Positions 8,040-15,338 of a DNA stretch of 23,946 nt are shown here, one piece after another. Location of the stretch: NCBI RefSeq assembly GCF_024220515.1, contig NZ_JAMXOT010000326.1, positions 1 to 23,946 of the forward strand. The letters are read 5' to 3'. The translations under genes were made by a program, and so were the position numbers. This DNA is from Oscillatoria sp. HE19RPO (GTDB lineage Bacteria; Cyanobacteriota; Cyanobacteriia; Cyanobacteriales; Laspinemataceae). The notes beneath the pieces were generated by a model. It saw only the letters and a list, made by a program, of their open reading frames with translations, searched no databases and was not told where the DNA came from. Numbering within the stretch: position 1 is the stretch's first letter; each line of letters starts with the position of its first letter.

Positions 8040-8300
8040 CCCCCCAGCCCCCTTCCCTAAGCTAATCTTGTAGGGGTTTTGTAGGGGCGCAATGCTTGCG
8101 CCCCCTAGTTTTGGAAAACAGACCCTAGTTTTGGAAAACAGACCCTAGCTGTGAAAACAGACCCTCGCTGTGAAAACAGACCCTCGCTTTGGGCGCAAGC
8201 ATTGCGCCCCTACATAAAATAACGATTTTTATAAAATAACGATTTTTCGTAGGCGGCTTCAAAACCCCTACAAGATTAGAGGAAGAGGAAAGGGGGAGAA
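8040..8300. repeat. Complex intergenic repeat: nested inverted repeats enclosing four 20-bp tandem units and a doubled AAATAACGATTTTT motif
   Basis: CTTGTAGGGGTTTTG (8067-8081) pairs with CAAAACCCCTACAAG (8259-8273). GTAGGGGCGCAATGCTTGCGCCCC pairs with GGGGCGCAAGCATTGCGCCCCTAC. Between them are CCTAGTTTTGGAAAACAGAC x2 and CCT(A/C)GCTGTGAAAACAGAC x2. The GTAGGGGCGC and AAATAACGATTTTTCGT modules are shared with the repeats at 11.8 kb and 23.6 kb. Confidence 0.7.
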
Positions 8301-8342
8301 GAGGAAGAAATGGTTTTTTAGGTTAATTCACCAGACTGGATA

Positions 8343-9023
8343 TTAATCCAAGGGTTGAGTCGTGGCGATCGCCGCAATCCCATATACTGAAATCCCCTGT
8401 TTAGACAGGGTTGTGATGGCTTCTTGACAAGTTGCCCCGGTGGTATAAATGTCATCGAGCAAAATCACCCCCTGTTTCGGCTTCCTGCGGCGAAACCCGG
8501 CCCCCACCCGCATCGCATTGGCGAGGGTTTGCTTGCGTTGTGCCGGGGATAATTGATTTAACGCTTCGGTATCTCGTACTCGTTCTAAACCCCGAGGTTC
8601 TAACGGGTATCCCGTCAGTTCACAAAAGCTTTTTGCCAGTAATTCTGCCTGATTAAATCCCCGTTTTCGTTGCTTGTCGGGATACATGGGAATGGGAACC
8701 ACCGTGAGTCCCTGAGCTTTTGCCAGGGGAGACTGTAACCAAGTTTCAGCCAAAAAGTACCCCAGGGGTTGAGCGAGTTCCGGGCAGTTTTGGTACTTCA
8801 TCACGGCGATCGCCCGTTTCATCACCCCGCCATAGCGCCCCCAAATCAATACCGGAGGGGTTTCCTTTAATAACCGTTGCTTCACCGAGAATTTTTGGCG
8901 CTGCAACTGGCGATCGCAAGCGGGACAGAGGAGGGGTTTTCCAGGGCGATCGCACAAAGGACAGTTGGGTTTTAAAAACAAATTTACCCACCCTTTCACC
9001 ATTGCCGACCAATTTCCCATCAT
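8343..9023 (-). CDS. comF: ComF family protein (double zinc-ribbon plus phosphoribosyltransferase domain)
   Basis: CPLCDR...CPACDR zinc ribbon followed by the PRTase motif GVILLDDIYTTGAT. Confidence 0.85.
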   Translation of the reverse strand: MMGNWSAMVKGWVNLFLKPNCPLCDRPGKPLLCPACDRQLQRQKFSVKQRLLKETPPVLIWGRYGGVMKRAIAVMKYQNCPELAQPLGYFLAETWLQSPLAKAQGLTVVPIPMYPDKQRKRGFNQAELLAKSFCELTGYPLEPRGLERVRDTEALNQLSPAQRKQTLANAMRVGAGFRRRKPKQGVILLDDIYTTGATCQEAITTLSKQGISVYGIAAIATTQPLD

Positions 9024-9148
9024 CTGCCACCCTCTCTTTCCTGCACTAATTCTTCATCTTAGCCCCCCGCCTCCACCTTGACTAGGTTTTTTCAATTCAT
9101 GCAAAAGGGAGCCACCCAGACTATGATAGAGGATGTCCGAATGGTTGC

Positions 9149-11626
9149 TTGATTGTGGATCACCTTTACTGGCTTGACCAAATTCAACCCTCACAACAGT
9201 ATTTAGTGGGGGACAATCCATTTTATTTAAGTCAGATGGCGCAACAGGGTTATCCGGTGCTGCCCGGATTTGTGTTGGCGGCCCCTGCATTGCGAGAATT
9301 TTTAGAAACCTATCCTTGGGAAGAACCCCTGTTTGCCGAACTCCTGAGTTCGTCGGTGCATCTGAATGTGGATGATACCCGACAGCTAAAGGCGATCGCC
9401 CAACATATCCGGGAACAGATGATGGCGGCAGAGTTACCCCTAGAGTGGATTAATGACTTGGCAATGGCAGGGGAACAACTGAGTTCCCCGGGGTTAATCC
9501 TGTCCCCGATTGTCACCCTTCCGAAACATACCCCTAGTCCGGTCAAATTTTCGGGGTTAGTGGAAAGCTATGTTTGCCTGTGCGATCCAGAGGAAATTGC
9601 CCTAGGGGTACTGCAAACTTGGGCGGAGTTATTTAGGGCGAGAAGTTTATTATATTGGCAGCGATCGCAAATTGAACTGCGTTCACTGAATCTGGCAGTT
9701 TTGGTGCAACCCTTACACAGTGCCATTACCTCCGGAACCCTCACCTATACCCCAGCGCACTGTGAAATTAAAGCCACCTGGGGATTGCCCCTATCGATTA
9801 AACTGGGACAAGCGATTCCCGATTGGTATCAAATCGAGTTAGAGAGGGGGGATGCGATCGCCCAAAGTCTGGGAAACAAACATCTCGGTTACGATTTGAG
9901 ATGGAACTCCACCCCACCGGACGAGTTAACCGCAGAAACCAGCTTGCTGAGTCCCTACAGTTGTCTTCAACCCTATTTGGTGAGTGATGAACAACAACAG
10001 AAATTTTCCCTCCAACCCCGGGAACTGGAAATATTGGGGGCGATCGCCCGCAACCTCGGCAGTCACTTAAACCGCCAGTTCAGCCTAGAATGGACCCTTG
10101 TAAAAGCCATAGAACAGTCCCCAGAACAGATCTATATCACCGGAGTGGAAGTGGGAAATCCCCTTCCCTCTTTGGAAATGACAGCCCCTGTAAACCCGCC
10201 ATCTTCCCCCAAATCGGTTCCGGTAAAGGCAATTGAGGGAGAAGAAATGCCACAGATTATCCTCGGAACTGGGGCCGCCAAAGGAGTCGCTGTCGGATTA
10301 GTATATTGCATCACCTCCCCCACGGAAGTCTTGGAACATATTCCCCCAGGACGGATCTTGATTGCCAAAGAAATAGCCCCCCATTGGCTGCATATTGTCC
10401 GACAAGCTGCGGCAGTCGTCACCGAATCCGGGGGAATGACCAGTCATGCGGCGATTCTCGCCCGAGAATTTGGCATTCCTGCGGTGGTGGGGGCTACCGG
10501 AGTCACCCAAGCGATCGCCACCGCCACGGAAATATGTGTCAATGGGGATACCGGAGAAATCTTTATACTCTCTGCGGGAACTGTCCCACCGAATCCTGGG
10601 CGATCGCCTCACCCTGTTGCCTCTGCTGTCTCAGAACCTCATCCCATGCCATTACCCGAGTCTGACCCTGTAACTGCTTCCTTCTCTCCACCCTTTCCCA
10701 CTGCTACACAGGTGTTGGTGAACCTGTCGCATCCAAGTTCCTTAGACCGAATTGCTGATACCTACTTAGATGGGGTGGGGTTATTGCGATCGGAAATGAT
10801 GGCCCTGGAAATTTTCCAATCGGAAGACCCTTACCAATGGTGCGATCGGCACAAAAACCAGGAATTTATCCACCGAATTTCCGAACCGTTAAAGCGCGTC
10901 GCCGAATTTTTCTTTCCCCGTCCAGTATTTTATCGGTCCTTAGATTTGCGCGGGTACGATTTACCGGGAGTGCGATCGCCGGGACAAACCAACATCAACT
11001 CCAATCGCAGTGCCCAAACCTTGGGAGTGCATGGCGCATTTAGCTACCTCCTCGACCCGGCATTATTTGATTTAGAACTAGAAACCTTAGCCAAATTACA
11101 ACAGGAGGGGTTAACCAACCTGCGGTTAATCATTCCCTTTGTGCGAACCGTCGAAGAATTTATATTTTGCCGGAATCGGGTCCAACAATTCAAACTCGAC
11201 CGCGTTCGGGATTTCCAACTCTGGATCATGGCGGAAGTGCCTTCTGCCTTATTTTTAATCCCAGATTATGTGCAAGCGGGAGTCCAGGGAATATCCATCG
11301 GCACCAATGATTTAACCCAGTTACTCCTCGCCGCAGACCGAGAAAATCAGCAAATGTCCCAGGTGTTTGACCCCCGTCATCCGGCGGTAATGAGGGCGAT
11401 TCATCAACTGATTCAACAGGCAAAAGCAGCGGGGATTCCTTGTGCGATTTGTGGCGGCGCACCCACCCATTATCCAGAAACTATTGATACTTTAGTGCGA
11501 TGGGGAATTGATGGAATTTCCGTCGAACCCGAGGCGATCGCGCGCACTCATCAGGCGATCGCCCGGTCCGAACAGCGCATCCTGTTAGAAACTGCCCGTC
11601 GTGACTCCGGGGATTGTCCGTTTTAA
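9149..11626 (+). CDS. PEP-utilizing enzyme family protein (PEP synthase / pyruvate-phosphate-dikinase-like, three-domain)
   Basis: The N-terminal nucleotide-binding region resembles PpsA (LVGDNPFYLSQMAQQGYPVLPGFVL). The central mobile His domain is GGMTSHAAILAREFGIPAVVG. The C-terminal TIM-barrel carries GTNDLTQ. A Pro-rich linker lies around residues 470-520. The start is TTG at 9149, or GTG at 9155. Confidence 0.8.
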   Translation: MIVDHLYWLDQIQPSQQYLVGDNPFYLSQMAQQGYPVLPGFVLAAPALREFLETYPWEEPLFAELLSSSVHLNVDDTRQLKAIAQHIREQMMAAELPLEWINDLAMAGEQLSSPGLILSPIVTLPKHTPSPVKFSGLVESYVCLCDPEEIALGVLQTWAELFRARSLLYWQRSQIELRSLNLAVLVQPLHSAITSGTLTYTPAHCEIKATWGLPLSIKLGQAIPDWYQIELERGDAIAQSLGNKHLGYDLRWNSTPPDELTAETSLLSPYSCLQPYLVSDEQQQKFSLQPRELEILGAIARNLGSHLNRQFSLEWTLVKAIEQSPEQIYITGVEVGNPLPSLEMTAPVNPPSSPKSVPVKAIEGEEMPQIILGTGAAKGVAVGLVYCITSPTEVLEHIPPGRILIAKEIAPHWLHIVRQAAAVVTESGGMTSHAAILAREFGIPAVVGATGVTQAIATATEICVNGDTGEIFILSAGTVPPNPGRSPHPVASAVSEPHPMPLPESDPVTASFSPPFPTATQVLVNLSHPSSLDRIADTYLDGVGLLRSEMMALEIFQSEDPYQWCDRHKNQEFIHRISEPLKRVAEFFFPRPVFYRSLDLRGYDLPGVRSPGQTNINSNRSAQTLGVHGAFSYLLDPALFDLELETLAKLQQEGLTNLRLIIPFVRTVEEFIFCRNRVQQFKLDRVRDFQLWIMAEVPSALFLIPDYVQAGVQGISIGTNDLTQLLLAADRENQQMSQVFDPRHPAVMRAIHQLIQQAKAAGIPCAICGGAPTHYPETIDTLVRWGIDGISVEPEAIARTHQAIARSEQRILLETARRDSGDCPF

Positions 11627-11642
11627 CCCTTATATCAAGTTA

Positions 11643-12069
11643 CAACACCCGGCGGGGGTTCTCTCCGGTCCCCTCCCCTTGGCAAGGGGAGGGTTAGGGT
11701 GGGGTTCTTTTTGTGCGATTCCCTACGGGATAGCTCCGCTTACCGCACATCACGAAGAAAGAGGTTGGACCAGTCTCCATACAGGCGCGATCGCCCTAGC
11801 CCTGTCAAGGTGATAAATTTAATGACGAAAAATCAGGGTTTCTTGGACAGGCGATCACTCTCGCGCCCCTACAATCTACACACCTTGACAGGGCTAGTGC
11901 GATCGCCCCCAAGAGTGCGTGACGTGGCGGTAAGCGGAGCTATCCCGTAGGGAATCGGCAAAGAGGGACCCCACCCTAACCCTCCCCTTGCCAAGGGGAG
12001 GGAACCGGAGGTGCAGTTAAGCGTAAAAAACCTACTCTTGTATAAAGGATTAATCCCCCGCCGGTTGTT
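11643..12069. repeat. ~430 bp nested imperfect palindrome (four concentric inverted-repeat layers) around one copy of the 65-bp GTAGGGGCGC repeat unit
   Basis: Four layers, each pairing with its reverse complement: CAACACCCGGCGGGGG (11643) with CCCCCGCCGGTTGTT (12055); CCCTCCCCTTGGCAAGGGGAGGG(TTAGGGTGGGG) (11671) with (CCCCACCCTAA)CCCTCCCCTTGCCAAGGGGAGGG (11969); GATTCCCTACGGGATAGCTCCGCTTACCGC (11722) with GCGGTAAGCGGAGCTATCCCGTAGGGAATC (11925); CTAGCCCTGTCAAGGTG (11794) with CACCTTGACAGGGCTAG (11881). The core at 11813-11880 is the reverse complement of the 65-mer unit seen at 23.6 kb. Confidence 0.7.
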
Positions 12070-12073
12070 CCCA

Positions 12074-12121
12074 CTCTTGCTCCCCCTTCCCTCTTAGGGA
12101 AGGGGGTTGGGGGGTTAGGTC
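12074..12121. repeat. Dispersed hairpin repeat CTCTTGCTCCCCCTTCCCTCNNAGGGAAGGGGGNTGGGGGGTTAGGTC (copy 1)
   Basis: Near-identical copy at 15292..15338. Both copies sit at gene 3' ends, so they may act as terminators. Confidence 0.5.
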
Positions 12122-12151
12122 AATCTGGGTAATCAAGCAACCATAATATTA

Positions 12152-13030
12152 TTAACCCTCCGAATCCGTTGCTGGAGACTCCACTGGCGCGACTGGACTC
12201 CAAGCACTTTTCTGCTGACTATTGCGGTGCATCAGCGCCAAAGTCAATTGTTTAAATAACCAGTATAAAACCGTAATCACCACAAACGTGACAATCATCA
12301 CCAAAACCGGACGACGACCAATCAAATCATTCATCACACTGCGGACTAAAATATCTGGGTCCGTCACAATATCCCAAGTATTAAACCGTTGAAAGCGACC
12401 CAGATAAATCCCAATTGCCGTCAACCCATGTATCACCAATTCCGCCAACCCAGTCCAGCGACGTAACCCAGACCGTTCCATATACCAAGTTAAATAAATC
12501 AGGGACAGAACATAAGATTGAAACCCCACAATCATAAAGATTAGATACTGGGGAATCAAAGCTAACGTAATAATCCAGACCGAGTATCCGGCGCGAATAT
12601 CAGTGATTAAATGAATCACATCGGTTAACACATAAGGCGCATTCGGTAAAAAGGTGATAAACGCCACAAATCCCACCCACCATAAGAGAGAACGCGAAAC
12701 CGTCGAGCTATTTTGACTGCGCCGCAACTGCCAAATTTCCGACGACATCAAAATCAGAGTCAGGATGAGAATCCAGATTAAGTAATCAGCACTGATTCGT
12801 TGCAGCAGGAAAATTCCCGTCCGGAAAACCCGGTGAGCAGACGGCAGAAAAGTGGCCCCTAAAATGAGAAACACTCCCCATCGTAACCATTGCGATCGGG
12901 GTTTGTGAAACAACCAAAAACTCAACGCTAAGGGAACCACCGCTAAAAACGTATTCCAAGCCATAAAGCGATGATTGCCTTCCAGGGCCCCCCATGCAAC
13001 AGTCATCCAGTCCATCAATTGAGCAGTCAT
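12152..13030 (-). CDS. Polytopic integral membrane protein, DUF1361-like
   Basis: About 8 hydrophobic segments. LPNAPYVLTDVIHL and RFQRFNTWD resemble DUF1361 hallmark motifs (recalled from memory, not searched). Confidence 0.55.
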   Translation of the reverse strand: MTAQLMDWMTVAWGALEGNHRFMAWNTFLAVVPLALSFWLFHKPRSQWLRWGVFLILGATFLPSAHRVFRTGIFLLQRISADYLIWILILTLILMSSEIWQLRRSQNSSTVSRSLLWWVGFVAFITFLPNAPYVLTDVIHLITDIRAGYSVWIITLALIPQYLIFMIVGFQSYVLSLIYLTWYMERSGLRRWTGLAELVIHGLTAIGIYLGRFQRFNTWDIVTDPDILVRSVMNDLIGRRPVLVMIVTFVVITVLYWLFKQLTLALMHRNSQQKSAWSPVAPVESPATDSEG

Positions 13031-13254
13031 AGGCTTTTTCTTTCAGGGATTCTTTCAACAGAGCTTGTTTATTCCCTTACTATGATATTCACTTGATTCT
13101 GGGAGTTGCCAAATTGCTGAAACTCTTGACAATTTAGAGATATTGTGGTATGTAAAAAGACTAACTGGTATAGTAAATCATTGTTGTATATAGATAACGA
13201 GCAAGATGCTCGCACTCCTTAACTCACTCACGTCTCACTAATGTCCTCTATTTC

Positions 13255-13350
13255 TCGTGACTTGGCTCCGCAGAGTCACGTCCTATTGGAGGCTCTGCCT
13301 CCTGCTACTGTATCAGGCGGCAGAGCCGCTGATTGCCCGTGACATGGCTC
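13255..13350. repeat. Hairpin-rich dispersed repeat (CGTGACNTGGCT...GTCACG modules), copy 1
   Basis: CGTGACTTGGCTCCGCAGAGTCACG and CGTGACATGGCTCTGCCGTGTCACGAG hairpins with a shared TTGGAGGCTC(T/C)GCCT...GCTGATT core. A related copy lies at 14222..14390. Confidence 0.45.
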
Positions 13351-13357
13351 TGCCGTG

Positions 13358-13618
13358 TCACGAGAAAATCCTTTGCGATTGGGGCGGAAATACATCAGCC
13401 AGAGGTGAGATTTCACCAGCAGCAATTTCCTGTCGGACCATTTGGGCCATCTTATCCCACTGAGCATCAGTCGTCGATGCGAACTGGTCTTGCCATTTCT
13501 GGTCATCCTCCATTTCTGCAAGCAGACGAGAGGCGATCGCATCCTGCTGTTCATCCGGTAAAGTTTTCAGTTGGGGTATTCCAACAAATAAATCATCCTT
13601 GCTTTGATGCGATCGCAC
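13358..13618 (-). CDS. Small hypothetical protein, antitoxin-like (resembles the putative addiction-module-component family); N-terminus supplied by the MITE-like element
   Basis: LKTLPDEQQDAIASRLLAEMEDDQKWQ resembles the LP..ER..LA..LL.SL signature of small antitoxin-like proteins (TIGR02574-type, from memory). The first ~15 codons (MRSHQSKDDLFVGIP) lie inside the MITE copy at 13575..13720. Confidence 0.4.
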   Translation of the reverse strand: MRSHQSKDDLFVGIPQLKTLPDEQQDAIASRLLAEMEDDQKWQDQFASTTDAQWDKMAQMVRQEIAAGEISPLADVFPPQSQRIFS

Positions 13619-13720
13619 CTAACAAGACTCTATATTAGCCCGCGCAGGCACCGCTTCGTTCGCAAGTGCCCCACCCTTTAGGGTGCGGGTTTTTTGGATA
13701 TTTTATTTTTTGGACTTCCC
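13575..13720 (+). mobile_element. MITE-like ~146 bp element (copy B)
   Basis: Same conserved blocks and terminal inverted repeats as copy A at 2343..2479 (left GGTATTCCAACAAATAAA, right reverse-complement GGGAAGTCCAAAAAATAAAA). Possible 4-bp target duplication TTGG. Carries a terminator-like hairpin plus T-run. Confidence 0.55.
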
Positions 13721-13826
13721 TTGGGCAATCACTCGTTTAAGTAATTCAGTCATTGTTTTGATTGTAGGAGGTAGTGGGTGGAGTTGGGTGGTATTGTGAC
13801 AAGAAACCAGAGACTCAACAGTATTT

Positions 13827-14051
13827 TTAAACGAGGTAGTTGTTGTAGTTTGGCGGTTCGGTTTCTACGTTAGGGGGTTGGGGATTGAGGGGGAGTGCAT
13901 CCACTTCAGCAAACCAGTTTTCCCAAAGGGTAGTGTAATCGGTTTGGGGTTGAAGGGAGCGGGTAAAGGCGAGAACTTGGGTTAAGGATTCCGGGGGAAG
14001 GCGATCGAGTTCGCGATCGATTTGTTGTCGGATTAGGGGAGGGTTTTGCAT
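13827..14051 (-). CDS. Small hypothetical protein, DUF2281-like (putative antitoxin-like), orphan
   Basis: MQNPPLIRQQIDRELDRLPPESLTQVLAFTRSL resembles the DUF2281 N-terminal pattern common in cyanobacterial toxin-antitoxin-like pairs. No partner ORF is adjacent. Confidence 0.4.
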   Translation of the reverse strand: MQNPPLIRQQIDRELDRLPPESLTQVLAFTRSLQPQTDYTTLWENWFAEVDALPLNPQPPNVETEPPNYNNYLV

Positions 14052-14221
14052 GAGCGGGGTTGATGGGGTAGTGGGTTACTTGGGCGGTTGAGAAACCGGG
14101 GTTCTTAGGAAACATTATGCCTTACAATTAAAGTTATCGCAGAAACCCGGTTTCTGGGCTTTCTGGGACTAGAGGCGTGAGCGAATTTGGTCGCTGAAAG
14201 GGAGTTGACGGAGGCGGCTGT

Positions 14222-14390
14222 TGGTAAGTCCTGACATGGCTGAAGCGATGTCACGAGTAGATAAAGTAGAGGAGAGTAGGCCCCTGGTAACGAAAGCTGA
14301 AGCCGAGTTACGCCCTCTTCTGTTGGAGGCTCCGCCTACTCTCAAGCGCTTAAGCGCTGATTTCGTGACATCCCTTGACTGGGAATAAGG
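14222..14390. repeat. Hairpin-rich dispersed repeat, copy 2 (related to 13255..13350)
   Basis: TGACATGGCTGAAGCGATGTCACGAG hairpin. GAGAGTAGGC...GCCTACTCTC long-range inverted repeat. Shares TTGGAGGCTCCGCCT and GCTGATTTCGTGACAT with copy 1. Confidence 0.45.
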
Positions 14391-14469
14391 ACCTCGTGGG
14401 GATTAAGGTGCGGCAGTATCTTAGAGGCGATCGCTAACCCACTTCTTCAATCTTTGGTACAGTTGACTT

Positions 14470-14886
14470 ATGCCTCGATTAGACCTGATCCACCACGCCG
14501 TTAAAACCGCCTTGCTCAAAGAGGGGTGGACCATCACCGATGATCCCTACATCCTCAAATATCGCCGCACGACTCTCTACGCCGATCTAGGAGTGGAACG
14601 TGCTATTTCTGTCCAACGCCACAATCAAAAACTGGTTATAGAAATCAAAAGTTTCGTAGGAGTTTCCAAAATTCAAGACCTCAAAGAAGCACTTGGACAA
14701 CTGGATATTTATTCTTACATCCTCGAAGAAATCGAACCCGATCGCAAACTTTACCTTGCGGTTAGCACTACCACTTATCAAAATATTTTCCAGCTAGACA
14801 TTGCTCAACTCATTCTCAAAAAGCGCTACTTGCCTTTAATCATTGTTGATTTAGAAACCGAGGAAATCACCCAATGGATAAACTAA
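14470..14886 (+). CDS. xisH: XisH family protein (fdxN-element excision controlling factor homolog)
   Basis: MPRLDLIHHAVKTALLKEGWTITDDPY...LVIEIKSF is characteristic of XisH. It overlaps the following xisI by 13 nt, the usual arrangement. Confidence 0.85.
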   Translation: MPRLDLIHHAVKTALLKEGWTITDDPYILKYRRTTLYADLGVERAISVQRHNQKLVIEIKSFVGVSKIQDLKEALGQLDIYSYILEEIEPDRKLYLAVSTTTYQNIFQLDIAQLILKKRYLPLIIVDLETEEITQWIN

Positions 14887-15215
14887 CAGACTATCCCCAA
14901 CTCATCAAAACTCTTCTGATGGCCCATGTTAATCGCTGTCAGCAACATCCCGACCCGAATATCGAAACTTTTTTAATCTGTGATGAAGCACAAGGACATT
15001 ATCTGTGGATGACCCTAGGCTGGCAAAAGGGCGAACGTTTTTCTGGGGCGACGGTGTACGTTCGTTTGCGTGACCAGAAATTCTGGATTGAGGAAGACTG
15101 GACAGAAGAGGGCATTGCCACGGAACTGGTGGCAGCCGGTGTCCCCAAAGAGGATATTGTACTGGCTTTCCATGAACCTAAAATTCGTTCTGAGACGGGT
15201 TTTGCTGTGGTCTAA
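14874..15215 (+). CDS. xisI: XisI family protein
   Basis: MDKLTDYPQLIKTLLMAHVN...FLICDEAQGHYLWMTLGWQKGERFSGATVYVRLRDQKFWIEEDWTE is characteristic of XisI. Confidence 0.85.
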   Translation: MDKLTDYPQLIKTLLMAHVNRCQQHPDPNIETFLICDEAQGHYLWMTLGWQKGERFSGATVYVRLRDQKFWIEEDWTEEGIATELVAAGVPKEDIVLAFHEPKIRSETGFAVV

Positions 15216-15291
15216 AGGCAATGATATCCTGCTGATGCATTCAGGCGGATTCATGTCCCGAGAAACACGAGGAAAGAGGAATTTCGCTCCC

Positions 15292-15338
15292 CTCTTGCTC
15301 CCCCTTCCCTCCCAGGGAAGGGGGCTGGGGGGTTAGGT
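15292..15338. repeat. Dispersed hairpin repeat CTCTTGCTCCCCCTTCCCTCCCAGGGAAGGGGGCTGGGGGGTTAGGTC (copy 2)
   Basis: Copy of 12074..12121. Lies between the convergent 3' ends of xisI and the MVP gene and overlaps the MVP stop codon, so it may act as a bidirectional terminator. Confidence 0.5.

Noticed and set aside
8105-8190. Possible CRISPR array (20-bp direct repeats). The 65-bp and 26-bp arrays at 23597-23946 raised the same question.
   Set aside because: The units are directly contiguous with no unique spacers, and no cas genes are present. These are simple tandem repeats or minisatellites.
10132-10673. ORFs 10132..10422 (-), 10298..10612 (-), 10306..10665 (+) and 10446..10673 (+) inside the PEP-utilizing-enzyme gene
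   Set aside because: They overlap the well-supported 825-aa ORF. The Pro/Arg/His-rich peptides are off-frame translations.
11601-11950. Six-frame ORFs 11601..11813 and 11699..11950 (+) as genes
   Set aside because: They lie entirely inside the nested palindromic repeat. Their peptides are low-complexity translations of the inverted repeats.
13257-13638. ORFs 13257..13463 (+), 13276..13554 (-) and 13333..13638 (+)
   Set aside because: They overlap the hairpin repeat, the antitoxin-like ORF and the MITE. The 13333..13638 ORF ends with the MITE-encoded VFQQINHP peptide, showing it is a read-through of repeat DNA.
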